DNA of 64,000 nucleotides. Origin: an uncultured Verrucomicrobiae bacterium (GTDB taxonomy: Bacteria; Verrucomicrobiota; Verrucomicrobiia; Limisphaerales; UBA11358). The stretch is taken from assembly GCA_963755455.1 (NCBI GenBank), contig CAVWJH010000004.1, positions 18,076-82,075 of the forward strand. Reading direction: 5' to 3'. How positions within the stretch are numbered: position 1 is the stretch's first letter; each line of letters opens with the position of its first letter. The position numbers were made by a program, and so were the translations under genes. Below, piece by piece: positions 49,417-60,043 of this stretch. The notes beneath the pieces were generated by a model that did not search any database, was not told the DNA's origin, and saw only the letters and a list, made by a program, of their open reading frames with translations.

Positions 49417-50511
49417 TCAGAGTGAATCAATTATTTTTTTGACGTTGACGTTTTTGGCGACGATGTCGCGGATGAGCGAAATTTTTTCGGCGTCGGTCGG
49501 GCCGCGTTTTGACGGTGAGATTGTGGACTTTGGACGCGACTTGGTAGCTGTCCGCCTTCGCCAGCAGCACGGGAATCGGCAAGGTTTGCATGGCTTTGAG
49601 CACGCCTGCGCCGGGCGCAGGCCGCCGGTCAGGACGATGCCGGCCATTTTTTCGTCGCTGTGCGGACTGGTCATCGCGCCGGCGGCGAGCAGAATGTCCT
49701 CGCGGTCGCCGGGCGTGATGAGCAGCACGCCGCGCTTGAAAAATTGCATGGCGTTCTGCGCGCCCATCGCGCCGACCACGACGTCGTCCACCAGCGTGTG
49801 CAGCGTCGGCGGCGCGTTCAGCAGTTCGGCGTGCAGTTCCTCGCGGATCAAATCCACGGACGGATTGCAAAGGATTTGTTCGTGCGGCAGAACGCCGAGC
49901 AGATCCAGGCCTTTGCGCTTGAGTCCGCGCCGCGCGAAGTCGGAGACGTAATCCACTTTTTCGCCCAGCACCTTGTTCAGGATGACGCCGATGATTTCGA
50001 CGCCTTCTTTTTCAAACAACGCCTGGTTGAGCGCGACTTCGTCAATCGGCTTGCCGATGCCGCCCTGCGAAACGATGATGACTTTTGCGCCGAGAATTTT
50101 CGCGACCTGCGCGTTGGACAAATCGAAAACCGAGCCGACGCCCGCGTGGCCGCTGCCTTCGCACAGGACAAAATCCTTTTCCCACGAAACGCGGTCGAAG
50201 GCATTCTGGATTTTTTTGACGAGCGCCTCGTTGTTGGACGACTGGAGATATTTGCGCGTGAAATCCGGCTCGACGGCAATCGGGCTCATGTCCACGAGCG
50301 GGCAGTTCATGCGATACACCGCATCCATCAGCACGGAGTCCTCGTCAATTTTTTGCTCCTCGATTTCGACGAAGCGCTGGCCGACGGGCTTGATGTAGCC
50401 GATGCGCGGAAAATGTTTTTGCAGCGCGGCGATGAGGCCGAGCGACGTGGTGGTCTTGCCGTCGTTCTGGCGCGTGGCGGCGATGAAAACTCGGGGCGTT
50501 GAATCGTTCAT
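49417..50511 (-). CDS. BioD-like/DRTGG phosphotransacetylase N-terminal family protein
   Basis: QNDGKTT, GYIKPVG, EGSGH, ITPGDRED. Confidence 0.85.
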   Translation of the reverse strand: MNDSTPRVFIAATRQNDGKTTTSLGLIAALQKHFPRIGYIKPVGQRFVEIEEQKIDEDSVLMDAVYRMNCPLVDMSPIAVEPDFTRKYLQSSNNEALVKKIQNAFDRVSWEKDFVLCEGSGHAGVGSVFDLSNAQVAKILGAKVIIVSQGGIGKPIDEVALNQALFEKEGVEIIGVILNKVLGEKVDYVSDFARRGLKRKGLDLLGVLPHEQILCNPSVDLIREELHAELLNAPPTLHTLVDDVVVGAMGAQNAMQFFKRGVLLITPGDREDILLAAGAMTSPHSDEKMAGIVLTGGLRPAQACSKPCKPCRFPCCWRRRTATKSRPKSTISPSKRGPTDAEKISLIRDIVAKNVNVKKIIDSL

Positions 50512-50547
50512 TCGTCAAATCATTGAATCGCGAACCGATCAACGAAT

Positions 50548-51602
50548 TTATTCGCCCGGCAGATGCGCGTCCGCGCCCGGATAAAGTTTTTGGTAATCGG
50601 TGGCCTGCACGCCGATGATCGCGGCGACGCCGAGAATGTCGTGCGCGCTCGAACCGCGCGAAACATCCGCCGCCGGGCGGTTGAGGCCGAGCAAAATCTG
50701 GCCGTAGGCGTTCGCGCGGCTGACGATGCGGACGAGCTTGCTGGCGATGTTGCCGGAATTCAGGTCGGGGAAAATCAGCACGTTCGCGCGGCCGGCCACC
50801 TGGCTGTCGTGCAATTTGCGTTCGGCAATTTCCGGCACGAGCGCGGCGTCCACCTGCAATTCGCCGTCGAAATCCGCCTCCAAAAACAATTGTTCCGCCT
50901 TGCGTTTGGCCATCGCGGTCGCGGCCTGCACTTTGCCGACGGACGGATGCGACGCGCTGCCCTTGGTGGAAAACGACAGCAACGCCACGCGCGGTTTCAC
51001 GCCGAGCATATGCCGCGCGAGCCGCGCGGTGGAAACGGCGATGTCCGCGAGCTGATCCACCGTCGGGTCGGGAATGACGCCGCAATCGGCCATGAACAGA
51101 ACGCCTTCTTCGCCGATGCGCGTGTCCTCGACTTCCATCACCATGCAGCTCGAAGCCGTCGCTGATGTCCGGCGCGGCCTTGATGATCTGGAACAGCGGG
51201 CGCAGCACGCTGCCGGTGATGTGCGACGCGCCGGAAACCAGGCCGTCCGCCTGGTGCATCGCCAGCATCATCGTGCCGTAATAATTCGGCTGCAACATCG
51301 CCTCGCGCGCCTCCGTCTGCGCGCAGTCCTTTTTCGCGGCGCACGCGGTAAAAGCGGTTTGCAAAATTTTCCAGGTCCTCGCTCGTGGCGGGATTGATGA
51401 TGCGGATGCCGTCGAGCGGAATGTTCAAACCTTCCGCGACCTCTTTGATTTTTGCGGCGTCGCCGAGCACGATGGGCGCGCCGAGCCGCAGCGCGTGAAA
51501 CTGCCGCGCCGCCTGCAAAATGCGCGGCTCCTCGCCTTCGGGAAACACGACCCGCTTGGGATGCCGCTGCAATTTTTCGATGACATTGCCGATGAAACGC
51601 AT
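50548..51602 (-). CDS. pta: Phosphate acetyltransferase (frameshifted)
   Basis: VFPEGEEPR, ALLSFSTKGSA, DGELQVDAA, DVSRG. Confidence 0.9.
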
Positions 51603-51770
51603 GGCCACAGGTTAGCCGTGAAACCTGAAACTGCAAAATGAATTTGCCACGGAGACGCAGAGCGCACAGAGAACGAAAAATTCTTTCCGATTCGCTCTGT
51701 GTTCTCTGTGGCTCTGTGGCCAAAACATTTTTTGACTTGGATTGAAATGGCCGCTACGCTTTCAATTTCA

Positions 51771-52499
51771 ATGCTGGAAACTATCGAGAAACTTCTCATT
51801 TTGCAGGATCGCGACCGCAAAATCCATCGCGTGCAACAGGAACTCGCCCAGATCGCGCCCGAACGCGAAACCCTCCGCGCCAGGGCCGCCGCGACGCAAA
51901 CGCAGCTCGACGCCGCGAAAAACCGCGTCAAGCAGATCGAGTCCGAACGCAAGCAGCGCGACCTCGAAGTCGAGGCCAAGAAATCGCAGATCGAGAAATA
52001 CGCCAACCAGCAGTTGCAGACGCGCAAGAACGAGGAATACAAGGCGCTCGCCCACGAAATCGAGATGGCGAAGGAGGCGATTTTCAAGATCGAGGACGCG
52101 GAAATTGTTTTGATGGAACAGGCCGAGGCCGCGCAAAAAGAAGTCGTCCGCGCGACCGCCGAGGCGAACGAGGCGAAAAAACTGGCCGACAGCCAGATCG
52201 CCGAACTCGGCCAGCGCGAGGAAAATTTCAAGAAGGAACTCGCCGCGTTGCAGCAGGGCCGCGCGGAACTGGCGGCGGCGGTGGACGAATCCGCGCGCAA
52301 CCGTTACGACCGGCTGCTCAAGAGCAAGGGCGACAACGCGGTGGTGGGCATTGACCACGGCGTGTGCGGCGGCTGCCACATGAAATTGCAGGCGCAGTTG
52401 ATCGTGTCGTGCCAGGCGCAGAAGGAGATTGTGACCTGCTCAAGCTGCGGCCGGATTTTGTATTACACTCGCGACATGGAACTGGCCGGCGGGGAATAA
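51771..52499 (+). CDS. Coiled-coil C4 zinc-ribbon protein (DUF164)
   Basis: Long coiled coil, CGGCH...CSSCGRIL. Confidence 0.88.
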   Translation: MLETIEKLLILQDRDRKIHRVQQELAQIAPERETLRARAAATQTQLDAAKNRVKQIESERKQRDLEVEAKKSQIEKYANQQLQTRKNEEYKALAHEIEMAKEAIFKIEDAEIVLMEQAEAAQKEVVRATAEANEAKKLADSQIAELGQREENFKKELAALQQGRAELAAAVDESARNRYDRLLKSKGDNAVVGIDHGVCGGCHMKLQAQLIVSCQAQKEIVTCSSCGRILYYTRDMELAGGE

Positions 52500-52620
52500 A
52501 TATCTACGCGGAACATCCGTCAGTGCGCAAGCCAGGGCGATTGGGGCGAGCAGAAGCCGCAAGGTTGTGAGCGCGAATGGAGCGTGCGTTTCAACGCTGT
52601 TTGCTAAAATATTTACTGTA

Positions 52621-54225
52621 TTAGGGCAGCTTGTGTCCGGGGACGCTGCACGTGGGCGGCTCGCCCACGGCGTTGATGCTGTAAGTGCCGCCGGACGGGC
52701 AGACCGGCCAGCTTCGGAGATAGTGCAGAAGGTCTTCCTGGGTCGGAACGTCGCCGGCCTTTTTGCCTTTTTCCAAAGCCCATTCGTTTTTGGCGGCGTC
52801 AAGTTGGCGGAGATTATTGATGCAGGCGTTTTCCTGCGAGACGGTCCGGGCTTTCACAAAATTGGGAATGGCGATTGCGGAAAGCATCCCGACAGTAAAA
52901 ACGGGAGCCAGCAGCGCCACGTTGGCGTAACTCTGGCTGCTGTTGGCGACGGTCATGCAGCCGTCCGGCGTGTTGACGCCGACGGAATAGGCGAACGCCA
53001 CGCGGTTGAATTGAAAGAGCGATTGCATCCATTTTGACTGCGCCTGCGATGCGCCGGATGCGGTGGACGCTTTCATGGCCTGTGATTGGATCTGGAGCAT
53101 GGTCTTGCCGAACCGTTCGCTCAAAAATGTGAACTGATTTCCCGTGTCGGGAATATTTTGTGAAAGCCGCTTGAATTCGTCCGTTGATTTCAAGCCGGGT
53201 TTTTGTCCGTTCCTCACGGCCAGCGCCTCTTCAACGAGTGCGTCGGACGAGGCGATGAGCAGATAGCCGCCGCTGCTGGCTTCAGTCGGGCGAAGATTGA
53301 TCGGGAGCGGGAGCGGCACGGGCATCGTCCGCATTTTGAGTCCGGTCTTGTCAACGCTGATGACCTGCGGATTCTTTTTCAACTGCCGGTCAATGCTGTC
53401 GAAAATCGTGTCGTCGTTGATCCTAACGACGATGAGCAGACCCGGTTCGGGAATTTGAGCCAGTCCGGACGGCAGCGGAATCGAAATGTTTTTTGAATCG
53501 TCCAGCGTCAACGCAAAACCGAATTCACCGCCGAGCGAATTCAGGAATTGATCCCATTTGACCTGCGTGGCTTTTTCAAACTGCTCCGGCAGTTGTTTCA
53601 ACATTTTCTGCGCCTGCGGAAAACCGGAGCTTGAGGCTTCATCTTTTATGACCGACCACACCAGCGGCACGTCCGCGTCCGAAAAGAACGCCAGCGCCGT
53701 GTCCGACGGCAGCAAATCAAGTCCCGTGAGCGGATGCGGTTCCCCGCCCAAAAATTTCCACAGGAAGCCGTCTCCCTTGCCCGGATAATGGTGCAGCAGC
53801 GCCTTGTTGCGATACAATCCCTTCTCGATCTGAATCGAACTGGCGCCCAGACCGCTGACGTCCTCGACGCCGCTGTCCTTGATCAAACGGGTGATGACGT
53901 TGAAGGCCTTGTCAACATTGGCGCGGTCTTCGTCCTTGATGTCCGGAATGGACTCGAAAACCTGCCGGAGACCCGCAACTTTTGTTGAAAGGCCCTCGAG
54001 CCATTGCGCGGTGCCGAGAAACAGGTAAAAATCGCCGCCCGCGTCGAGTTGCGACGTGACTTCGTTGAAACTGGTCTTTTCCGCCGGGACGATCGCGGAA
54101 ACGGTTTGCTGGCCGGGATTGCGTCCGGCGGAAGGCGGCTCCTGTTTTTTGCAGCCAAAATTCAGCGTGACAATCAGGCCGGTTAAAACAATTGACGAGC
54201 AGACGAGGAGGCGCGGATTTTTCAT
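52621..54225 (-). CDS. Lipoprotein with a C-terminal pilin-like domain
   Basis: LNFGC lipobox; C-terminal GMLSAIAIPNFVKAR...CINNLRQLD...CPSGG.Y. Confidence 0.75.
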   Translation of the reverse strand: MKNPRLLVCSSIVLTGLIVTLNFGCKKQEPPSAGRNPGQQTVSAIVPAEKTSFNEVTSQLDAGGDFYLFLGTAQWLEGLSTKVAGLRQVFESIPDIKDEDRANVDKAFNVITRLIKDSGVEDVSGLGASSIQIEKGLYRNKALLHHYPGKGDGFLWKFLGGEPHPLTGLDLLPSDTALAFFSDADVPLVWSVIKDEASSSGFPQAQKMLKQLPEQFEKATQVKWDQFLNSLGGEFGFALTLDDSKNISIPLPSGLAQIPEPGLLIVVRINDDTIFDSIDRQLKKNPQVISVDKTGLKMRTMPVPLPLPINLRPTEASSGGYLLIASSDALVEEALAVRNGQKPGLKSTDEFKRLSQNIPDTGNQFTFLSERFGKTMLQIQSQAMKASTASGASQAQSKWMQSLFQFNRVAFAYSVGVNTPDGCMTVANSSQSYANVALLAPVFTVGMLSAIAIPNFVKARTVSQENACINNLRQLDAAKNEWALEKGKKAGDVPTQEDLLHYLRSWPVCPSGGTYSINAVGEPPTCSVPGHKLP

Positions 54226-54472
54226 AAAGTTTTTTAATTTTTGGATGACACTGATTCTATGGAAGCCAAACAGCTTTTCAAAAAAGGTAAAGGCAAAAAA
54301 ACAAAATTCTTTGCTCGAACGCGGCCGTCCAGCAAACCAAAAATTGCCCGCCGCCGGACAATCCGATTTGTCGCGCAAAAAGCTTTTGAAATCCGGCGGA
54401 TTTCCGGCCACAATCCGAGTTCACTTTGGATTCTGAATTCAGCAATCTGAATTCCGCAATCCGCACTTTTAC

Positions 54473-56293
54473 ATGAAACGCACGCATCATTGCAACGAAC
54501 TGCGCCCGGCACACATCGGGCAAACCGTCACGCTCTCCGGCTGGGTTCACTCCCGCCGCGATCTCGGCGGCCTCATCTTCATTGACATCCGCGACCGCGA
54601 AGGCCGCACGCAAACGGTTTTCGATCCGTCGGATTTGACGCCGGAACTTTTTGCGCAGGCCGCCGCGCTCCGCAGCGAATGCGTCGTCAGCGTCACCGGC
54701 AAAGTCCGCCATCGACCCGCCGGCACGAACAATGCAAAAATTCCCACCGGCGAAGTCGAAGTCGGCGTCACCGCGCTCGAAGTCTTGAACATGGCGGAAG
54801 TCCTGCCGTTTCCCGTGGACGATCCCGAAATCGCGAACAAAGTGAACGAGGAATTGCGCCTGCAATACCGTTATCTCGATTTGCGCCGTCCCGAAATGGC
54901 GCGCAATTTGAAAGTGCGCAGCAAAGTCGCCATCGCCACGCGCAGCTACATGGACGAACAGGGTTTCCTCGAAGTCGAGACGCCGACGCTCTTCAAGTCC
55001 ACGCCCGAAGGCGCGCGCGAATTTCTCGTGCCGAACCGCCGCGAGCCGGGCACGTTTTACGCGCTGCCGCAATCGCCGCAGCAGTTCAAACAGATCCTCA
55101 TGGTCGCCGGCGTGGAAAAGTATTTCCAGCTCGCCCGCTGCTATCGCGACGAGGATTTGCGCGCCGACCGCCAGCCGGAGTTCACGCAGGTGGACATCGA
55201 GATGAGCTTCATTGACCGCGAAGACATTTACACACTCATCGAAGGCTTGCTGAAACGAGTCTGGAAAACCGCGCTGAACATTGACGTGCCGACGCCGTTC
55301 AAGCGCATCACATTTGAAGAGGCGCTGAACCGCTACGGCATTGACAAGCCCGACACGCGCTTCGCGATGGAACTCGTGGACATGACGGAAGATTTTCGCG
55401 CGAGCACGTTCAAAGTGTTTTCCGGCACGATTGCCAATGGCGGCGTCGTGAAAGCGCTCAATGCCAAAGGCCTGGCGGGCGCGACGCAAGGCCAGATTGA
55501 GACGATGACCGAATACGCCAAGAGCTTCGGCGCGAAAGGTCTCGCCTTCATCAAGGTCGAAAACGGCGAATGGAAATCGCCCATCGTGAAATTTTTCAGC
55601 GAGGCGGAAAAAGCCGCGCTCACTACGAAACTGAAAATTGAGGAAGGCGATTTGATTCTCTTCGCCGCCGACCAATGGCTGAACGCCTGCGAAATCCTCG
55701 GCAAAATCCGTTTGTATTGCGCCGACGTTTTGAAAGCGCAGGGCAAGCTGACGATTGATCCGCCGATCAATTTAATTTTCTCTGGGTCATCGAATTTCCG
55801 CTGCTCGGTTTCGACCGCGAGCAGAACCGCTGGTATTCCAGCCATCATCCGTTCACCGCGCCGGTGGCCGAAGACATTCCGCTGCTCAAGACCGATCCGA
55901 AAAAAGTTCGCGGCCAGCATTACGACGTCGTCGTGAACGGCGTGGAACTCGGCGGCGGCTCGATTCGTATCCATCAGCCCGACGTGCAGAAAACCATTTT
56001 CGAGGAACTGCTCGCAGATTCCGCCGGAAGAAACCAAACTGCGTTTCGGCTATATGCTCGACGCCTTCAAATACGGCGCGCCGCCGCACGGCGGCATCGC
56101 GCTCGGCTTCGACCGGCTCATCGCGATTCTTTGCGGCACGCCGAGCATCCGCGACGTCATCGCTTTCCCGAAAACCGCGAAAGGCACGGACTTGATGACG
56201 GATTCGCCTTCAACGGTTTCGCCGAAGCAACTGCGCGAGCTTTATCTTGAAGTGAAGGGCAAACCAGCCCCACAATCTCCGGCCAAAACCTGA
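54473..56293 (+). CDS. aspS: Aspartate-tRNA ligase (frameshifted)
   Basis: [41 protein letters not shown]. Confidence 0.95.
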
Positions 56294-56304
56294 TCCGCCC
56301 GAAC

Positions 56305-57136
56305 ATGGCCGACTGGAAAAAATCAAGCCGACGCCTTTTGATCACCGCAGCCATCGCCTACATTTTTTTCTGCGCCTGCGGCTGTGCGTTGCAGCGGAAG
56401 CTGCTTTATTTCCCGGCCAAAATCCCGGCGGCGGCCGTGGTTCAAGCGGGCGGCGGAGCATGGTTTTGTTCCGTGGAAAAACAGTTCCGGCCAGATCATC
56501 GGCTGGAAAATTCCCGCAAGCGGCGCGGCGACCGGCAGCGTCCTGATTGTCCACGGCAACGCCGGTTGCGCCATTGACCGCGGCTATCTCGCGCAGCCAA
56601 TCCACGACGCGGCGTCCGTGGATGTTTTTGTTTTGGAATATCCCGGCTATGGCGCGCGTGCCGGTTCGCCGAGCAAGGCAAGTTTCGACGCGGCGGCGGA
56701 GGAGGCGTTTCAATTGTTGCCGGACGACCTGCCGAAATATGTCGTCAGCGAATCCATCGGCACGGGCGTGGCGTGCGATCTGGCGAAAGACCATCCGCGC
56801 GAAGTCGCGGGCATGGCGTTGTTCGTGCCTTACAATAATCTCGCGTCGGTCGCGCAGCGGAAAATGTGGTTTCTGCCGGCTTATTTTTTGCTGCTCGACC
56901 GTTTTGATCCGGAGGAATGTTTGAAGAGCTATCACGGCCCGGTGAAATTTGTCATTGCCGGTTCGGATGAAATTGTCGGCCCGGCTTCCGGCCTCCGCCT
57001 GGCGAACGGCTATGACGGACCAAAGGAATTGCAGGTCGTCGCCGGGGCGCACCACAATGATGTTTCCGGCCAGCCTGCGGTTTGGTGGCAGGAAGTTTTT
57101 TCGTTCTGGCAGCAAAATGAAATGCCGACAAAATGA
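56305..57136 (+). CDS. Alpha/beta hydrolase (frameshifted)
   Basis: HGNAG, EYPGYG, ESIGTG, DEIV, GAHHND. Confidence 0.85.
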
Positions 57137-57139
57137 TTT

Positions 57140-57772
57140 CTATTCCTGCGTGAAGTAGCTCAAGTTTTCCAGTTCGATGGCGAGGTTCACGTTGTTGACC
57201 ATGACTTCCTCCGGCACGGAAAGCACGATGGGCGAAAAATTCAAAATGCCCGTGATGCCCGCCCCGATCAGGCGGTTCGCGACTTCCTGCGCGGCAATCG
57301 CCGGCACGGTGAGGATCGCCATCTTGACGTTTTGCTTTTGCACGAACTCCGGCAGTTCGTCCATGCCGAAAATCGGCTGCTTGATTTCCTTGTCGCGCTT
57401 GCGGCCCGGCTCGGCGTCGAACGCGGCGACGATCTCGAACCCTTCCTTTTCAAATCCGCGATACGAAACCAGCGCGAGGCCGAGATGCCCGACGCCGACG
57501 AGGATGACCGGCTGCAACCGCGACGTGCCGAGTTCCTCGGAAATTTTCTTGAAAAGGTCGGTGACATCGTAGCCAAGGCCGCGCGTGCCGAACGTGCCGA
57601 AATACGCGAGGTCTTTGCGAAGTTGCGTGGGCTTGACGCCGGCGGCCTTCGCGAGCGCCTCGCTGGAAACCGTGCCGATGCCGTTCTCGCGCAGCCGCGC
57701 GAGGCAGCGCAGATAAATCGAAAGACGGTAAATCGTCTTGCGCGGGATTTCGGGTCGTCCGTTCTTTTTCAA
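57140..57772 (-). CDS. rex: Redox-sensing repressor Rex
   Basis: RLSIYLR, QLRKDLAYFG.FG.RG.GY, GVGHLG, ILNFSP. Confidence 0.93.
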   Translation of the reverse strand: MKKNGRPEIPRKTIYRLSIYLRCLARLRENGIGTVSSEALAKAAGVKPTQLRKDLAYFGTFGTRGLGYDVTDLFKKISEELGTSRLQPVILVGVGHLGLALVSYRGFEKEGFEIVAAFDAEPGRKRDKEIKQPIFGMDELPEFVQKQNVKMAILTVPAIAAQEVANRLIGAGITGILNFSPIVLSVPEEVMVNNVNLAIELENLSYFTQE

Positions 57773-57981
57773 AGCGCGGGAAAATTAAGCAACGTCGCGG
57801 CGCGGCGCAAGTCTTGCATGATTTCGCGCGAAGACCGCGAAGGTGGCGAAGGGAGGCCTGTTTTCCTCCTTCGTTGTTCTTTGCGCCCTTCGCGCGACAT
57901 TTTCTCCCGGCCTTATGCGTCTGTCCAATTGTGGGAAACGATGGATTACGATCAGGATTACAATTACGATGACGAAGGAAG

Positions 57982-58434
57982 ATGAACCGCTTCTTCGACA
58001 TTGACGGCGACGTTTCCACCGAGCTTGCGCCGTGGAAATTGCGGGCATTGAACCAGCCGGTCAAAACCGCGCTGTTTCAACTGCAAATCCCGTTGCGCTT
58101 TCGCAGCGACATCGCGAAGGGCGTCATCGTCGTGCCGCAAAATTATCTTTCCGACCTCGCCTCGATTCCGCAATTCGCGTGGACGATTTTCATGGCCGAC
58201 GACGACCCGCGCATCGAACTCGGCGCGTGGGTTCACGATCTGCTGTATCAAAATCACGGCGTCGTCACGCTCGAAGACGGGAGCAAAACGAATTTGTCGC
58301 GCCAGGACGCCGACGCGATTCTCGCGCGCGAGGCGATGCCGGAACTTTCCGCGACGGGTCTTCAATGCGCCGCCGTTTATCGCGCGCTGCGGATGTTCGG
58401 CCGGCGCTGGCCGGGCGAACCGTTTTGGAAATGA
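57982..58434 (+). CDS. DUF1353-like protein
   Basis: VP..Y.SDLASIP, HD.LY, R..AD, Y.A.R.FG. Confidence 0.75.
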   Translation: MNRFFDIDGDVSTELAPWKLRALNQPVKTALFQLQIPLRFRSDIAKGVIVVPQNYLSDLASIPQFAWTIFMADDDPRIELGAWVHDLLYQNHGVVTLEDGSKTNLSRQDADAILAREAMPELSATGLQCAAVYRALRMFGRRWPGEPFWK

Positions 58435-58468
58435 TACATTTCGCCTGCCGAACAGCTTTAGTCCCTTC

Positions 58469-58683
58469 GTGCGGGCAAAAATCGTTTCCCGCAGCCTCGA
58501 AACCGGTCTGTGCGGAACAATTCCAATTCCGTGCGCTGAAAAGTCGTTCCGTGCGGCCATTTTCCGGTCTGTGCGGCCAAAATTCAATCCGTGCGGGCAA
58601 TTGGCCGTTCCGTGCGGAACAACTTCTCTGACGTGCGGGCAAAAATCCATCTGTGCCGCCATTTTTCGATCTGTGCGGGCAAA
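58469..58683 (+). repeat. Degenerate tandem array, ~11 units of 20-21 bp with a GTGCGG core
   Basis: Cores at about 58469, 58510, 58531, 58551, 58571, 58591, 58612, 58633, 58653 and 58673. Confidence 0.8.
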
Positions 58684-58759
58684 AAACCCAATTTTTGACG
58701 ATTTTTAGAAATTCTGATGGTCAAAAAAAACAGTTTTGCCCCATTTGCCCCGCCAGAAA

Positions 58760-58916
58760 CAGCGCCGTAGCGCGACATATTTGTAGAAGACCCGATCAAC
58801 CTAATTCCAAGCTCCACAGGAGCGGCATGGTCCGGTGAACGGTCTGAATATGTCGCTATGGAGCTTGAAAATGTTTTGGAATGTGATTCTACAAAAATGC
58901 CGCGCCTACAGCGCTG
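58760..58916. repeat. ~157-bp palindromic element with ~30-bp imperfect TIRs
   Basis: CAGCGCCGTAGCGCGACATATTTGTAGAA ... TTCTACAAAAATGCCGCGCCTACAGCGCTG. Confidence 0.7.
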
Positions 58917-58961
58917 AAAAACTCCCGCCATCGCTCCTCTCTTTCTCTGTGTCTCTGTGTC

Positions 58962-59164
58962 GGGTGCATCTGGACATTGTTCTTATTTCTGAACCAGTAG
59001 CGCAGATTTGCAATCTGCTGTATCGCGGATTTTCAATCCGCAAGGCGTCGGCGGTTCAATGGGCTTGGGCTTGGCGGCGCGCTGCCGAATGCAATTCGGC
59101 GATACGGCAGATTTCAAATCTGCGCTACCTCTGCTGGCCGCAAGAACAGTGTCCAGATGCACCC
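58962..59164. mobile_element. 203-bp MITE with 23-bp TIRs and a 9-bp target duplication, carrying a REPIN
   Basis: TIR GGGTGCATCTGGACA(T/C)TGTTCTT; CTCTGTGTC on both sides; internal GTAGCGCAGATTT...AAATCTGCGCTAC at 58997-59128. Confidence 0.82.
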
Positions 59165-59257
59165 CTCTGTGTCTCGGTGGCAAAAATAAACTTGCGCCGA
59201 TAATTGATGGGCGGATAATCGCCAGAACAATTCCCAAAATCAAAAGCGTATAAAATT

Positions 59258-59935
59258 ATGAACCACCAAGTCACCAGCCTTACCGCCGCCTTCAAAACCG
59301 TGGACGCCTTTGGCATCGCCAACGCCGCCGACTTTCTGCCCGCCAGCATGGGCGGACAGCAATTCGCCCTCATCCACGCCGCCGTGCCGCAGACCGCCAC
59401 GCTCGGAGCCGCGCAAGTCTCCGGCGAATCCTCCGCGCACGCCGGAGTCATGTCCAAGGTCGCCGGACGATTTCATCTGCACGACGATTTGCACCACATC
59501 GCCGATACCGCGCATTCTCCCGCGCTGCTCGGCACGGCGGGACTCGATGGGAAATTTCTCATGCCCCGCAGCGGCGGCGACCAGGCATTGCTCAATGCCG
59601 CCCGCGCATTTCAGACCGACGCGCCCGCCTTCTCCGAGCAACTTATCGACCTCGGACTCGATGCCAATTTCGTCGTGAATCTTGGAACGGACATCACAAA
59701 TTTTGAAGCCGCCATTTCCGCCAAGGGCGCGGGCGCGGGCGCGCAATCCGGCGCGACCGGCGGATTGGAAGATGCCGCGCACAAAGCCGCGATTGCCCTG
59801 CACGTCCTCAAAACCATCGTGCCCAACATCTACAAAAACAATCCGGCAAAACTCGCCGAATGGGCGACCGCCAGCCACGTCGAAAAACACACGCCCGTCC
59901 CGCACGCAAAACCGGCGGCGGCTCCGGCGAAGTGA
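59258..59935 (+). CDS. Hypothetical helical protein
   Basis: 225-aa Ala-rich ORF with host-like codon use. Confidence 0.7.
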   Translation: MNHQVTSLTAAFKTVDAFGIANAADFLPASMGGQQFALIHAAVPQTATLGAAQVSGESSAHAGVMSKVAGRFHLHDDLHHIADTAHSPALLGTAGLDGKFLMPRSGGDQALLNAARAFQTDAPAFSEQLIDLGLDANFVVNLGTDITNFEAAISAKGAGAGAQSGATGGLEDAAHKAAIALHVLKTIVPNIYKNNPAKLAEWATASHVEKHTPVPHAKPAAAPAK

Positions 59936-60043
59936 AAATAAGGACTGACCCCTTATTAACGTAAAAAGCATGAGCCATGCCTTCCTCGCGGCGTGAACCG
60001 CGACAGCGGAACGGCAAGCGCCAACGGCGGTTGGCTCCGGCGA

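Noticed and set aside
58469-58683. CRISPR array
   Set aside because: Period is only 20-21 bp with a degenerate 6-10 bp core, and there are no cas genes
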